Shown: positions 1-11,989 of the stretch, one piece after another
Layout of the letters: every line of letters starts with the position of its first letter
Position numbering within the stretch: the stretch's first letter is position 1
Source: Eledone cirrhosa
Taxonomy: Eukaryota
Direction: 5' to 3'
Assembly: GCA_964016885.1 (NCBI GenBank)
Contig: OZ024746.1
Span: forward strand, 36,394,001-36,458,000
DNA length: 64,000 bases
Program-made: the position numbers and the translations under genes
The notes under the pieces: generated by a model
The model's database searches: none
The model's input: only the letters and a program-made list of their open reading frames with translations
Told to the model about the DNA's origin: nothing

Positions 1-47
1 GTAATGAACTGGATAATTGCTGGCCTTGTGCCTAAAGTAGAAACAAT
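1..47 (+). mobile_element. 3' end of SINE (octopus-type)
   Basis: gtaatgaactgg...tggccttgtgcctaaagtagaaaca matches the 3' end of the SINE copy at 6199-6348. Confidence 0.6.
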
Positions 48-240
48 TATTTAATCAGAAGTTTGGGTTTGTGGTCAGGAGTTTAATATTACTTAATTTT
101 CATATTTTTCAAGAATAAACACATTTTTTTTAATTTATCAGTTCATGTAATTAAATCAACAGAGAATTTATTTTATTACACAAGCTGATCAAAAGCAAAC
201 AAGTAAAAACAAATAACACTTCTAAAGTAACTTATACACG

Positions 241-1340
241 TCAGAAATTACAGGATTTCCTGGATTTGCGGTTGTAGTCCAGGTCGTATTGCCGCACTAG
301 CCCCCAGATATAGTCCCCCATCATGTTTTCATTGTATTGGCCCTGGTACCTCCGCTCTATCTCTTTCACATCTTGGTGGAATCGTTCGCCTTCTTCTTCT
401 GAGTAGGCGCCCATATTGTCTTTGAATGTTTCCAGGTGAGCGTCCAGCATATGGAGTTTAAGCGACATCCTGCATCCCATGGCGCCAAAAGCTTTTATCA
501 GATCCTGCACCAGTTGCGGGTAGTTTTCAGCTCTGTAGTTGCCCAGGAAATCCTTAACAACTGCCTTGAAACAGTTCCATGCTGTTCTCTCAATCCTATT
601 GAGCTTATTGGAGAACTCGGTAGACACAAACACCTTCTTTATCTCAGGTCCAACAAAAGTTCCACCTTTAATTTTGGCCTCAGATAACTTGGGGAAGAAC
701 TCAAGAAGGTACTAAAAAGCAGCTGATTCTTTGTTGAGAGCCTTTATAAACTGCTTCATCAACCCCAACGTAATGTGCAGTGGTGGCATGAACACAATCC
801 TGACATTAACCAGTGGCTCTCACATGACGTTCCGGGTCCCAACTACAAATTCTGTTCGCTGCTCCCACTTCTTTCTGTTATAGTGGGCAGAGGTGGCTCT
901 GCTGTCCCAAAGGCAGAGGAAGCATTGGAATTTGATAAATCATCCTTGGAGTCCAAGCAGGAAAGCCACCATCTCGAAGTCTCCAATGATTTCCTAATTG
1001 TACTGGTTGTATTGCAGAGTTTCCAAGAGGACTTTCACACTGTAGTAATCTTCCTTCAGGCAGACTGAATGGGGCTAGGGGCAGTGTCGGGAACTTGCTC
1101 CCAGTGTGGAGGTGAAAAGCCTTCAAACTTTTGGTGGAGCTGTCTATAAATAGCCCCCCCCCCACCCCTCCTTGGGCACAAATGGCACCCCAATAACGTC
1201 AAACAGTCCAGGTACGTCATGGCAGAAGCAAAGGCCATCCCTAAGAGCGTAAAAGCCTGAGAAAGGTTCGTGTCGACTTGTCTGACTTGTCACCTCCACT
1301 TCCTCCTTGACCAAGTGCCACTGCTTCATCCTGGAGACGA
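241..1340 (-). mobile_element. Frameshifted DNA-transposon transposase remnant, Chapaev3 (CMC)-like
   Basis: ORF 241-633 has MSLKLHMLDAH...GAYSEEEGERFHQD...RYQG...DYIW; upstream frames give MPPLHITLGLMKQFIKAL and LFIDSSTKSLKA; family assignment from recalled motifs. Confidence 0.7.
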
Positions 1341-2534
1341 ATGCTTAAAACACAACTTACCCTTTATTCAGGATGCGAAAATCCAGTATTAATAACTCTC
1401 TTTAATCCACTTTTTAACAATTTTATACTTTATTGCACTTTTATTATCTTCTTCGGGTATTACTCTTTATTTTATACGTCTACCTCTGTGCCTTTTGACC
1501 GTCAATTCTGCTCGTAAAATTTTTCCAGAGGTGAGAAAGGCTCCCCATCTACAAATTATTGAATACTCCAACCACAATTATACATTTCGTAATGTACCCT
1601 CAACGTAGATAGATCCCCTAGACAGAGACCTAGAGGCTTTAAGATAAACATGAAGTACCTGGTCCATAAATCCTAAACAGAAAACATTGATAAAGATGAA
1701 CTTATTAGTCACATGTTGAAGGTGGTGTGATTAGGGAGAGTGATTAGATGAAAGTCGTTTTTTTCAGTAAATATCAAGCTATAGAAAAATCTAATTCGGG
1801 TGTAAATATTATTTACAGTAAAAATGCGGTCAGGAGTGTTTACAACCACCCTGCTATCGGGGTAGCATTAATCTAGACAAGGTTGTCAAATTGAAACTAT
1901 AATACTGCATTCCTAGATGTACTATACGTGATAAGACACGGGGAAATGATTGTCGATTGGATGGCTTACTTGGCGGAGGCTGATTGATTCCCATACGTAA
2001 TAAAAAATTCTAAACAATCTAACAATATTTTGGGAGAAGTGTTGTCACAGAAAAATTAATGGCTCCATGTTCCTGCCATGGTGGCCCCACATGACCTACC
2101 ATTGAAAATCGGAAGAGCACTGATATGACGATAGCATCATCTGAAAAGTATTTTGTTATATCTGTTGAACAGTTTCTCGGATGCCCAGGACAGCTCTCTG
2201 GATGGAAATATCATCTGTCCAGGAGAATTACCAATTTTCTAAGCGGTGTCACAATAAGGTTAGATGCCAAAAATATAAGAACATAAAATAAATTTTCTAG
2301 ACCAGATATATCCACGGCAACTCTACACCAAATGATAAATTTGAGAGAGTTTAGAGAGCAACCCTGTCTTTGGTTGGATGTGATCAATTTGACTCAATCG
2401 CAAGCTTTCAGATAGAACAACGTACAATAAACACAGGATAGCATTTATGCAAATGTTTTCGGAAACATCTTCAGAGACTTTATCCATCCAATACATAACA
2501 TCATCTCCTTACATTTTAAATACAATGGCGATTT

Positions 2535-2716
2535 AAGGAAGATTAGTCCAGCACCGCTTTTTGGAACACTTCAAAAAGCATGTTTGCTGGGAACAGCAAT
2601 AACCCTCCGATACGTCTCGAATGTCTGAGGCTACAGGTAGCGGCTTCATATTCCTTTCGACAAACTTTCCAGTTAAATAACATCAATGAGTGAGACTGAA
2701 AGAGTAATAATAATAA
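2535..2716 (+). mobile_element. 3' end of R4/Dong-like (RLE) LINE with (TAA)n tail
   Basis: Encodes LQKACLLGTAITLRYV*, then 3' UTR and taataataa; same family as the minus-strand copy at 12770-13258. Confidence 0.7.
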
Positions 2717-3179
2717 GAAGAAGAATATTGCTTTCTTTATTAACCACAAAGTCTGACACAAAATATAACATTAAGTAAAGCATAGGGTAGTACAGGACGG
2801 TACAAATGGGCATTTCTGCGTGTAGAAAAAACAAAACAAAAGCAAAGACATAAGTATATAATAGAAAAACAAATTATAACCAACAAAATTAAACGAGGAA
2901 AAATTCGCCAATAGAGGGAAGACTTCCGATTGTCACTCGTGGAAAAAGCCCACAAAAAAGACACGGTCACACTGACCGATACGCCAAGCGCCATCTTCCA
3001 GTTTTACTCCTACGATACTAGGGGCATGGAAGATTTAAAGCAATATTGCAAAGACTAAGTCGAGCAGTGTGGCAACATACAACTACGCCCGTATCATGTT
3101 CAAAAGCATAGCACACACTATTTATTTTTTCTTTGTTTTTTTACTATCATTCAGTTGGTATACATCTATTACACAATTT

Positions 3180-3226
3180 ACACCTGACGAGTTCACCGGG
3201 TTCTTACGGAAACCGGTGCGTAGTGT
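3180..3226 (+). ncRNA. Degenerate type I hammerhead ribozyme remnant
   Basis: acac-CTGACGA-gtt caccgg..ccggtg-cGTA-gtgt: helix I and II and the 5' core are present, the correctly placed GAAA strand is missing. Confidence 0.4.
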
Positions 3227-3282
3227 TTACAGTCATAACATATTAAGGACATTTAACATAATTGGTCTCCTGTCATTTGAAT

Positions 3283-3316
<34 letters not shown>

Positions 3317-3320
<4 letters not shown>

Positions 3321-3480
3321 AACAAGTAAGACCCCGACGGCTGAGCTCAAGCCGTTTCGACGGCCTGAGCTCAGCCCTCGGGGTCTTACTTGTTCCTATT
3401 ACCCACTCTACTACCCTAAGTATTGAGTACTTTGGTGCGTTATGGTCCACCTGATTCCTTACCACATTTCCTTCGTTATA
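3317..3480. mobile_element. Miniature fold-back derivative of PLE family 1 terminus in (TA)n
   Basis: taggaacaagtaagaccccga...tcggggtcttacttgttccta inverted arms plus ~80-nt tail, matching termini at 17971 and 20830-20930. Confidence 0.8.
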
Positions 3481-3538
3481 TATATATATACATACGGGTA
3501 TGTATGTATGTATGTATGTATGTATGCATGTATGTATG

Positions 3539-3581
<43 letters not shown>

Positions 3582-3624
3582 AAGTGTCTATGTGCGTGTG
3601 AGTGTATGTATGTATGTATGTATG

Positions 3625-3682
<58 letters not shown>

Positions 3683-3690
3683 AAGTGAGA

Positions 3691-3859
3691 GCACTGGGAG
3701 GTAATTATCTGTAATGGTAGAACACTCAGTCCTTGGGACGAGTTTGGTAGAATGTGTAGAGAGAGTTTGGTAGAATGATAGAGAGAGAAGAACACTGGAA
3801 GGTAATTATCCGTAATGGCAGAACACTCAGTCCATGGGACGAGTTTGGTAGAATGTGTA
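3691..3859 (+). repeat. Direct repeat, 2 copies of ~65 bp
   Basis: cactgg.aggtaattatc.gtaatgg.agaacactcagtcc.tgggacgagtttggtagaatgtgta at ~3691 and ~3793. Confidence 0.8.
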
Positions 3860-4224
3860 AAATAACAAAGATAATGAGTGTATGTGTATACCCAATTGTT
3901 AGTGGTAGTTGTTATGCCAGGTCACTCTTGAGAGCTACTGGTAACATGTAAACCAGTACGACCTGTCACTAGGTGGGATCGTCGGCGACTAATCTGGCAA
4001 CCGCACTAAGTTTACTTGGTGGGGTTGCCAGTTTACTTGGTGAGGAGGGTGATTTTGAATATCCTGCAGGACAAAAAACAACATATGACAAAGGGCGGAA
4101 GAAGTGACAAGAGTCAACGGCCTTCCAAACATGTGTAAATATGTATATACACATGTACATATGTATGTGCATGTATATACGTGTGTATATGCTGGGCTGT
4201 CAGGGATTGGCATGTACCTATGTA

Positions 4225-4812
4225 GGGGGGTGTAGCCATGCGCTTTTCAGGACAGTCGTCCTACATTGGGTCCCACCTGCCACTCAGATCTCACCTGTTG
4301 CCCCAAGAAACTGTAGCATGCGACAGCGGCCACAACGTGGTAAACCGCCTTGGCTGACGGGCCGAACCAGGTTGAGGGTAGATGGACGAGTTTGAACACT
4401 CCCCTTGGTGAGTTAGATAGGGGATGCCTGCCCTTCATGCGAAGACTGAACCCTTGGACCCTGCGGAGTGAGTGGAGGAGGACAACATCGTCCCAACACT
4501 CATGAAGGTGGCGACAGCAAGCGGTGTGGAGCGCTAAAGCACGACAAGGCACTACAGACGTCGTGGACCACCACTGCAGCCAAGAGAGTCCCTGGTCGTG
4601 ACGGTCCTCCGTACTCCAGATACTGGATCCTGCGGCCGAGTAAGAGGGGCCATCACTGTTCACTGGCCCTCCAACTATAAACCTTTCCCGTACAGGTTTC
4701 TTTTTTAGCGTGAACTCCCAAAGCCCTGCGGCGATACCCGGACCTGCAAGTCAAGTTTCGGCCTCCACAGCCACCTTCGTGCCCATGGCAGACGGGAACT
4801 AAAGTAAAGAAG
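4225..4812 (+). mobile_element. GC-rich non-autonomous retroposon, probably RTE-derived (5' UTR fused to 3' end)
   Basis: Sharp GC island in AT/TG microsatellite context, ends gcccatggcagacgggaactaaagtaaag (short-repeat tail); no coherent ORF. Confidence 0.45.
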
Positions 4813-5152
4813 ATACCATCATCGTTTACGATGGACAACCAAGAGTGGTAGTGGACATGTATATGTGAGTGAATGGATGTTTGAATATATGTAATGTGTA
4901 TGTGCAAAAATATAATATTTTGTATGTGTGTGTGTAAAGTATCAGTAGTGTAGCGTATATCAGGGTGAAGAGTGGATTAGTAAATGTTAAGGTGTGTAAC
5001 TGAAAAGTATCTAACTCTATGTAAGCGTGTATGTATTAACGAGTATGTGTCGTAGATTAGTGCGTATTAGAGAGTATATGAGAGAGCCGATTAAAGGAAG
5101 ATGTGTGGCGCAATAAGGTGACGGTGAAGAAAGGTTTGTAAAGAGGTATACG

Positions 5153-5217
<65 letters not shown>

Positions 5218-6198
5218 GTGTGATGTTTTATAATTTTGGAATCCCCAGTGCACTATCAAATTCAAATTAACGTTGTTAAAAAATGTTTGATTGCGACTAT
5301 ACAGATCCCTATCATGACTTAGCAATAATTGACAGATATAGATTCTTAATAGTCTGTACAATCATTGATCAATAATTTTTCTTTCGTTTACTCTATTCAA
5401 ATGAAAGCCAAACATAACCCATTAAATTCCTTTTCAAATGTATTCAATTCACGGAAATTTTGTCTTTCAGGAAAATGCATGTGGCCATTGTGTCATATGT
5501 TGTAACAGGAGCTCCTCGGCTATTTCCCTTACATCTGTGAGAACATGTAGATTTAGACGTGCATAAATATCTAGAGTATGGTGTCATTTGTGAATAATTG
5601 TGGTGAAATTTTAAATATGAACGTTTTAAATCCTTAGAATTGCAATAATTATAAAGTGACAGAAGCTGCCAAACTTGACGTATACAATACAAGCACTATA
5701 ATATACAAATAATTTATATCAATGTTTCAGTACCGAGCGATGTCATACAATATGACATCCATGTATAGTTTTAATATTTTGATAATATGTTTTTTTAAAC
5801 AATGTTTTATACACAGTAATATATTTACTTCAAGGAATATATGAATTGCCTATACATATAATATTTCGTGTTAAATATCCGATAAGGGGCTGATATGTGT
5901 GTTATTTATATTCCTGAGGAAAAAAAGAAAGAAAGAAAAAAACAAAAAACATATTAGTTCTTTTGAAACAGAGCGCACAGTTTAATTATTAATTTTAGAG
6001 AATATTCAAGTTTTCAAGAGTGATTTCATTGTGATTAAATTAACACATATCTTTGAAAAGTCAACAATAACAAATGTAACCTTTCCACTCATGATACAGT
6101 GTGTTAAAGAGCACATATTTCGGTATTAGGTACACATTGTATTGATGTTATATTCATGTTATATTATGTTGTATTGATGTTATATTGATGTTATATTA

Positions 6199-6348
6199 CC
6201 ATGCTTTCCAGCATAGTTACGTCCCTTTGCGGTCTGAGTTCAAATCCCGCCGAGGTTAACTTTGCCTTTCATCCTTACAGGATCGATAAAATAAAGTACC
6301 AGTAATGTACTGGGTATTTAATGGCCTTGTGCCTAAAATAGAAACAGT
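6199..6348 (+). mobile_element. tRNA-derived SINE (octopus-type)
   Basis: B-box gagttcaaatccc followed by core actttgcctttcatcct...gataaaataaagtaccagt and tail ggccttgtgcctaaa. Confidence 0.8.
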
Positions 6349-7430
6349 TATATTACCATTATGTATGTGGATATAAATATATATGTTTGCATAATTATTG
6401 GTATTATAATACGTATTGTTATCATCCTTGTTATTATTAATATACTATTATCATCATTATTTTTACTAGTGGAACCACTAGTAATAATTAGCACTATGAT
6501 CATTGCTACTATACTATTGAAATTAAGGTTTGATTTGTTATGTGGTATTGAATCTTCTCACTTCCGGATTTGTTTTTGTTGCCGCATGTAAGGCAATTAT
6601 AATCTCAAATTAATGGCAGACAATACCAAATTCAAATCCACTCAAGGATGATCATTGCCCTTATTCTTGTTTTGAACATTCTGTTACTCTTGATGTACAT
6701 TAGTAGAGTGTAAATATCATTATTTAATATAGAAATTGCTTCAACATGACTAGAACCGTTTTTCGAATGAGATCACCAGAAATGCCCAGGCATATTTAGT
6801 CGTTATAATAGCACCGAAATTGCATGCTCTCCCAGAAGAATATAACTCCTCTATTTTCTATTCTTTGTTTCTGGTCATCAGAACAATTAATGAATGTAAA
6901 AACTCTCCAGAGAGGATGAAATGCAAACTGAAATCTGAAAATCCTTAAATGTAGATGACATTTTCTGTGTGCCGGGTGGCCTGGATCTTTCGAAAAACAG
7001 CTAAGTAATAGTAATCAGGAGTGTAAACCCCAATTTTCTAAAAACACAGATTGAACCTGTTATAGAGGGATATTTGTGTTAAAATAGCCCGTGTAAAATC
7101 TGTGTTAATTAGCATGCACCGAGATGTAGTAATATGGTTGAGTGGATTCTTCATGATGAACATTGTGCCTTTTGCACCAGAAGTAGCCCAATAGAATATT
7201 TGCATTGCAGACATCGAACATGCATATGTCCACCTTTCATGGGACCCGATGTGAAAGCTTCTGCAGGATCGACGGATACTTTTGTATTCCTCTCTTCCCT
7301 TTATACATTTGCATTAATATTTGTGTTTGGATAATTGGTGCTACGTCAAAGCCATTCAATGTGGGCGTCGAACGCCACAAAAGCACGTGCTATCAACACT
7401 CGGGGTTCTTTTCCCGAGAGCTGGAGAAGA

Positions 7431-7514
7431 ACCTGCTGACGAGAGTCTCCTTCTCAATGGTGGTCCGTATGGATTATCCATTTATTTTGAGAATTGAAAC
7501 CGCGCCGTAAGGGT
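7431..7514 (+). ncRNA. Type I hammerhead-like motif, family C copy 1 (PLE-type terminus)
   Basis: acctg-CTGACGA-(ttctcaa..ttgagaa)-GAAA-ccgcgccg-TA-agggt. Confidence 0.65.
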
Positions 7515-7917
7515 AAATATAGTGAGTACAGTAAATTTTCTAAAATTAATTTTAACCCTTTTTCTCTATTTGCTAAACCGTGATTATATATGTTCTGGTT
7601 CGTTAATTTATTAACCTGACATGGAACCACATTGGCATACGTTTGGTAACACATGTGCCCCTATATGCATGTTTTTCACGTAGGAAAACATACTTTATTA
7701 TTATAAATCTCTCCTAAGGTCGAGATAAAATGTTGGACGTTTTTACTGCTGCTATCTCTAATGGGAGGACATCGAACTTTCCGCCCTTGCCTTCTATCTT
7801 TACACGCGGCAGTGGACAATATTGTTTCCTTATCATACACTCTCATCCGGGAACAGTCTTGTATGGCGCCAGTAATTAATTTGAACTCGGGAATTTTATA
7901 TTCTCCGAGTGAGAAGA

Positions 7918-8001
7918 ACCCTCTGACGAAAGTTTCCTTATCAATGGTGTTCCACATGGATTATCCACTTATTTTGAGAATTGAAGCCGCGCGGTAAGGG
8001 T
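7918..8001 (+). ncRNA. Type I hammerhead-like motif, family C copy 2
   Basis: accct-CTGACGA-...-GAAG-ccgcgcgg-TA-agggt; perfect helix I, palindromic helix III, A15.1G change. Confidence 0.65.
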
Positions 8002-8069
8002 AAATATAGTAAGTACAGTAAACTTTTTAAAATTTATTTAAAAACATTTTCTCTATTTGCTAAACCTTC

Positions 8070-8122
<53 letters not shown>

Positions 8123-8167
8123 AGTTTTTAAATAAATTTTAAAAAGTTTACTGTACTTACTATATTT

Positions 8168-8251
8168 ACCCTTACTGCGCTGTTTCAAGTCTCAAAATAA
8201 ATGGAGAATCCATACGGACCACCATTGAGAAGGAGTATTTCGTCAGCGGGT
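8168..8251 (-). ncRNA. Type I hammerhead-like motif, family C copy 3 (inverted)
   Basis: Reverse complement acccg-CTGACGA-...-GAAA-cagcgcag-TA-agggt; tail-to-tail with copy 2 across (TA)n 8073-8118. Confidence 0.65.
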
Positions 8252-8608
8252 TCTTCTCACACGGAGAATGGTTGTGTGTATGTGCGTGTATGTATGTGTT
8301 GGAAAATGTTTCAAATCCTTGATACAGGTAGTCATATTTGAAAATAGGAAAATAATGACTTCACTTTAATCAGGGTGGGTGTGAGGGGGTGTTGATGAAG
8401 ATACAAAGGAATTAAAGCATACATTTATACGCACAAGGGGTGGAGGAAAATAGTGAACGTTAAAAGCAAGATAATTGATTGTTAGTGGAGTTGGAACGTA
8501 TTGGGATGTTTAACGAGGGCTTTGTGAAAGTCCCCCCCCCCTCTGCTGGTTCCGTGAGGGCACTTTAAATTGATAAATAATATAATACAATATGGTTACA
8601 AATAAATA

Positions 8609-8645
<37 letters not shown>

Positions 8646-9339
8646 ATTATATTATGTGTACTTTGAAACTTTTGCTGCCATTTAACAGGTAATGATCCAC
8701 TTTTTTGACGCATCTGCAAAGCACTTAATACAGAAATATGTTAAACACAACAGTTATAAAATTAGATCAGGCAGTGGCTATACATATACCACAAAAACGA
8801 TCAATACAGAAAGGTATCAACCTAACCTGGACAGCCTCTTATCGAATAGAAATCAATAAAAATTGTCCGTTATACACCAGAGACTTCTCGAAGTTACATA
8901 ACATATTGCATAATGCACATGCTATACATGTCTCCTCTTCCACGATGGAACCGGATAGTTCTTTGTTCCTTTTGTCCAAAATTCGATCTGACAACAGAGG
9001 CATTTTAGCCATAGTGTTTATACTGACCGTGTTGTTACGTGACGTTTCTCAATACATCTGTATATATATAGATATATAGATTTATATATACATCGCAATA
9101 CTCTACTTGGAGTATCGTTTTTGTTTCCTCATCGTGTTTGCTCCTCCCAGATATGATTATATTAACCTCTGAATGGGATAATCTTTGTTGATTCTTTCAT
9201 AGATCAAAACCTGTATCGGCTGGACGCCTCTGTATGTATCTATACTTTGTGTAAAGGAATATATATTTCTTCCTTTAGTTTATGAATATATATATATATT
9301 TGTTTTATTCTAAAGTATATATTCAACCTTTCTCTGTCT

Positions 9340-10186
9340 TTATTTTTTTACAACTTTTTTTTTCAAGCTATCACGAAAGGATTTACTCATGACAATATAC
9401 AGAATAAAGTTGACGCAGTTATTAGCGCCGGCTCGCATATCTAAAATAAGGAATTATCCGGCTTTATAGCTTTCAAATGGAATGGATACATAATAAATTG
9501 TCACGGGAAAAGTTGTGATCAAGAATGTAATGTTTATAGCGATCACAATCCAAATAGTGTTCCTGGCCTGTGTTGAACTTTTCTGATGAGAATTCTGTCC
9601 GAGGTTTGGTCGTCGGATTAGTTTATAAATCATAGCGCTAGAGCTGATAATTAAAACTAATGCTGGTATGAAAGAATAAAATATGTGCGAAGATTTCTCT
9701 TGACATGCTTGGGTTTTACAAATCATTACTATCATTCTGCAGGTTATTGAAACAAAACAGAGGAGAATGAACAATATTAAATATTGAGTGTATATATTAG
9801 ATGATTTGAATGTCTTAAATGGACAGTAAACTGCTATCAGGCGTTCAATAGATATAGTTGTTGTTATCCGAGACGAATAGGTATTCACTCTAAAAGTTAC
9901 CTGATTATAAACTGAATAGTTTAAATACAATATTGTTATAATTTCCATATCGTACGATAAACCTATGACTCTTCCGTAATTCATCCAAACAGCTATTAAA
10001 TCGACAAGAATTAAAGAATAAAGGTAATGGAGTGAATTTGGATTGTCGCATAGCTTTTTTGCAAAACGCTCTAATAACGGCCAAATTTCCAATTTTTCCA
10101 AATGGAAACATTATCGCAGAACAATAGGGGATACCATCAACGAGGACAGTATTAGAACTATTCTCTGTTTGGTTAACTATAATCAT
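9340..10186 (-). pseudogene. Intronless class A GPCR pseudogene (GPCR1; FMRFamide-receptor-like/chemoreceptor-like)
   Basis: ORF 9905-10186 gives N-term and TM1 (GKIGNLAV); frameshift near 10025 into ORF 9454-10101 (LVDL, ISIERL, FIPAL, FLITTFP); TAA at 9454-9456 followed in frame by TM7 NNCVNFILYIVMSKSFR. Confidence 0.9.
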
Positions 10187-10421
10187 TACTTTTTCTTTTT
10201 TATCAATTACTTACATATCAGTTAAGCATATATCGTAATATCAATAAACTGAACAAAATACATTAAAAATAATATAGTTACAGAATCCGACTACATGTTA
10301 CATGTATATATTTGCATTATATTCGCTTTCAAAAATGTGATATTGTTAAATTTCATTCAAGTTACATATTAATTATTCTACTTTTGGCACAAGGCCGGCA
10401 ATTACCTAGGACATTACTGCG

Positions 10422-11510
10422 CCAGATAGAAAAATGCGTACAGCAAAAAAAAGTAATATTGTTGGAATATAAACCTTTAAAAATACAGTACAAGAAACTA
10501 AATAAAACTTTAAAAGAATAGGACAAGAAACTAAGATAAAACTTTAAAAGAATAGGACAAGAAACTAAGATAAAACTTTAAAGAATTGGACAAGAAATAA
10601 AAAAAATTTACAATAATATTAGTGGCAAAATTGATATTGGTAAAAAATCGAGTTCCATATTCATAGGCTCTGGGTTACACATTCAGAGGTCGTCGTCAGA
10701 CCGGGGATCATTTGATCCCGGTTTGAACACCAATTGGGCCATAACCATACCCCTATTTCATCATTCGGCGACACGCCTCATGTGTCATGCATAATGTGAA
10801 TGGACCCATGGGCCCATGAGCACAGATCTTGAGCAGCAGCGGATGGTCTTGTCGTCCCGCTCATCCTTGATCTTGACCAACCCGTCCATCTTCTTCTTGC
10901 ATCTTGTCCTTGAGTTCAAGTCCGGCAGTCCAGATGAATGCGTGCCACAGCTTTCTGGTACAGGAAGGGGGAGCAGGAGCACTGGAGGGATGACGGGACA
11001 GAGGGAGGGAGGACCGGTGGTTGAAGGAGGTGCCGTAGTCGGTGGTCAGAGTCGACATCTTGTCCCGGTCGTCTTCTCCATCTTCGTCTGGTGTTACGGG
11101 ACCAGAAGTGCATTCTTGGAGGAGACCTGCAGCTGCATCGGCCAATTCTTCTTGCAATGGTCATTCTGACGGAGCAGAACTGCTCAGCCATCCAACCCCA
11201 ACCAGAACCAACCGCTCAAGGGCAACGCACAATGAGAGTATGACAATTATTATGCACTAATCAAGAAGATACTGGAGCATAGCACAGGAAACGAATAAAA
11301 AAAATTTGCCACTAATATTATTGTAATATTTTTTATTTCTTGTCCAATTCTTTAAAGTTTTATCTTAGTTTCTTGTCCTATTCTTTTAAAGTTTTATCTT
11401 AGTTTCTTGTCATATTATTTTAAAGTTTTGTTTTAGTTTCTTTTCCTGTATTTTTAAAGGTTTATATTCCAACAATATTACTTTTTTGCTGTACGCATTT
11501 TTCTATCTGG
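10422..11510. mobile_element. Non-autonomous DNA transposon with ~210-bp TIRs containing ~34-bp subrepeats
   Basis: ccagatagaaaaatgcgtacagc... (10422-10632) is the reverse complement of 11303-11510; subrepeat ggacaagaaactaagataaaactttaaaagaata; GC-rich interior; TSD unclear. Confidence 0.85.
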
Positions 11511-11989
11511 TCTACTATTTTTTAAGGCAATGCAAGCAACAACTATCTAATAATTAAATGATCATAGTGAATTACTCACAAGTGATTGACATTTTAAAGT
11601 TCTTTTGAGTATAATTGCAGTCTAGTTGAGGCAACTGGCTTAATGACAAAGCTACATCATTTCTGGATTACCTCCCCTAGCGTCACGCTTACTACTCACT
11701 CACTTGAACACAAGATTTATCAGCAAACTTTGATTATAAACTTTTTACCGCTGGACCAAATTTCTACATTTTTAAGCCAAAATATACGTAATGATCTACT
11801 GTTCATGCTCATATAAGTTTTATCTCAGTTAAATAAAGTAGAGCCGCGCTGTACTGTCGTAAACAGACGATTGCCAACGAAAACACGACAACAACAATAT
11901 TACTAAACGGACTACCGTCCGTTTAGGATTACTACGCAGCCATTGGCATTCCTACTGTAACCTTTTTAACATCTCCTAATTTTAACCGT

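Noticed and set aside
1400-2530. Possible degenerate coding remnant
   Set aside because: No recognisable motif in any frame by eye
3283-3795. ORFs rich in YIYI/VCVC/THTH (also 17334-18003, 20816-21206, 27476-27844, 29606-30030 and duplicates)
   Set aside because: Translations of (TA)n/(TG)n microsatellites, which lack stops
5444-5692. Cys-spaced minus ORF resembling a transposase C-terminus
   Set aside because: Too short and degenerate to assign
6225-6260. tRNA-like T-arm (gagttcaaatcccgcc)
   Set aside because: Only a B-box within a SINE head; no cloverleaf
6600-7390. Possible decayed GIY-YIG upstream of family C hammerhead
   Set aside because: Only faint similarity requiring several frameshifts
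11903-11926. Perfect hairpin ctaaacggac-tacc-gtccgtttag
   Set aside because: Isolated; no Helitron CTRR end or other element boundary identified
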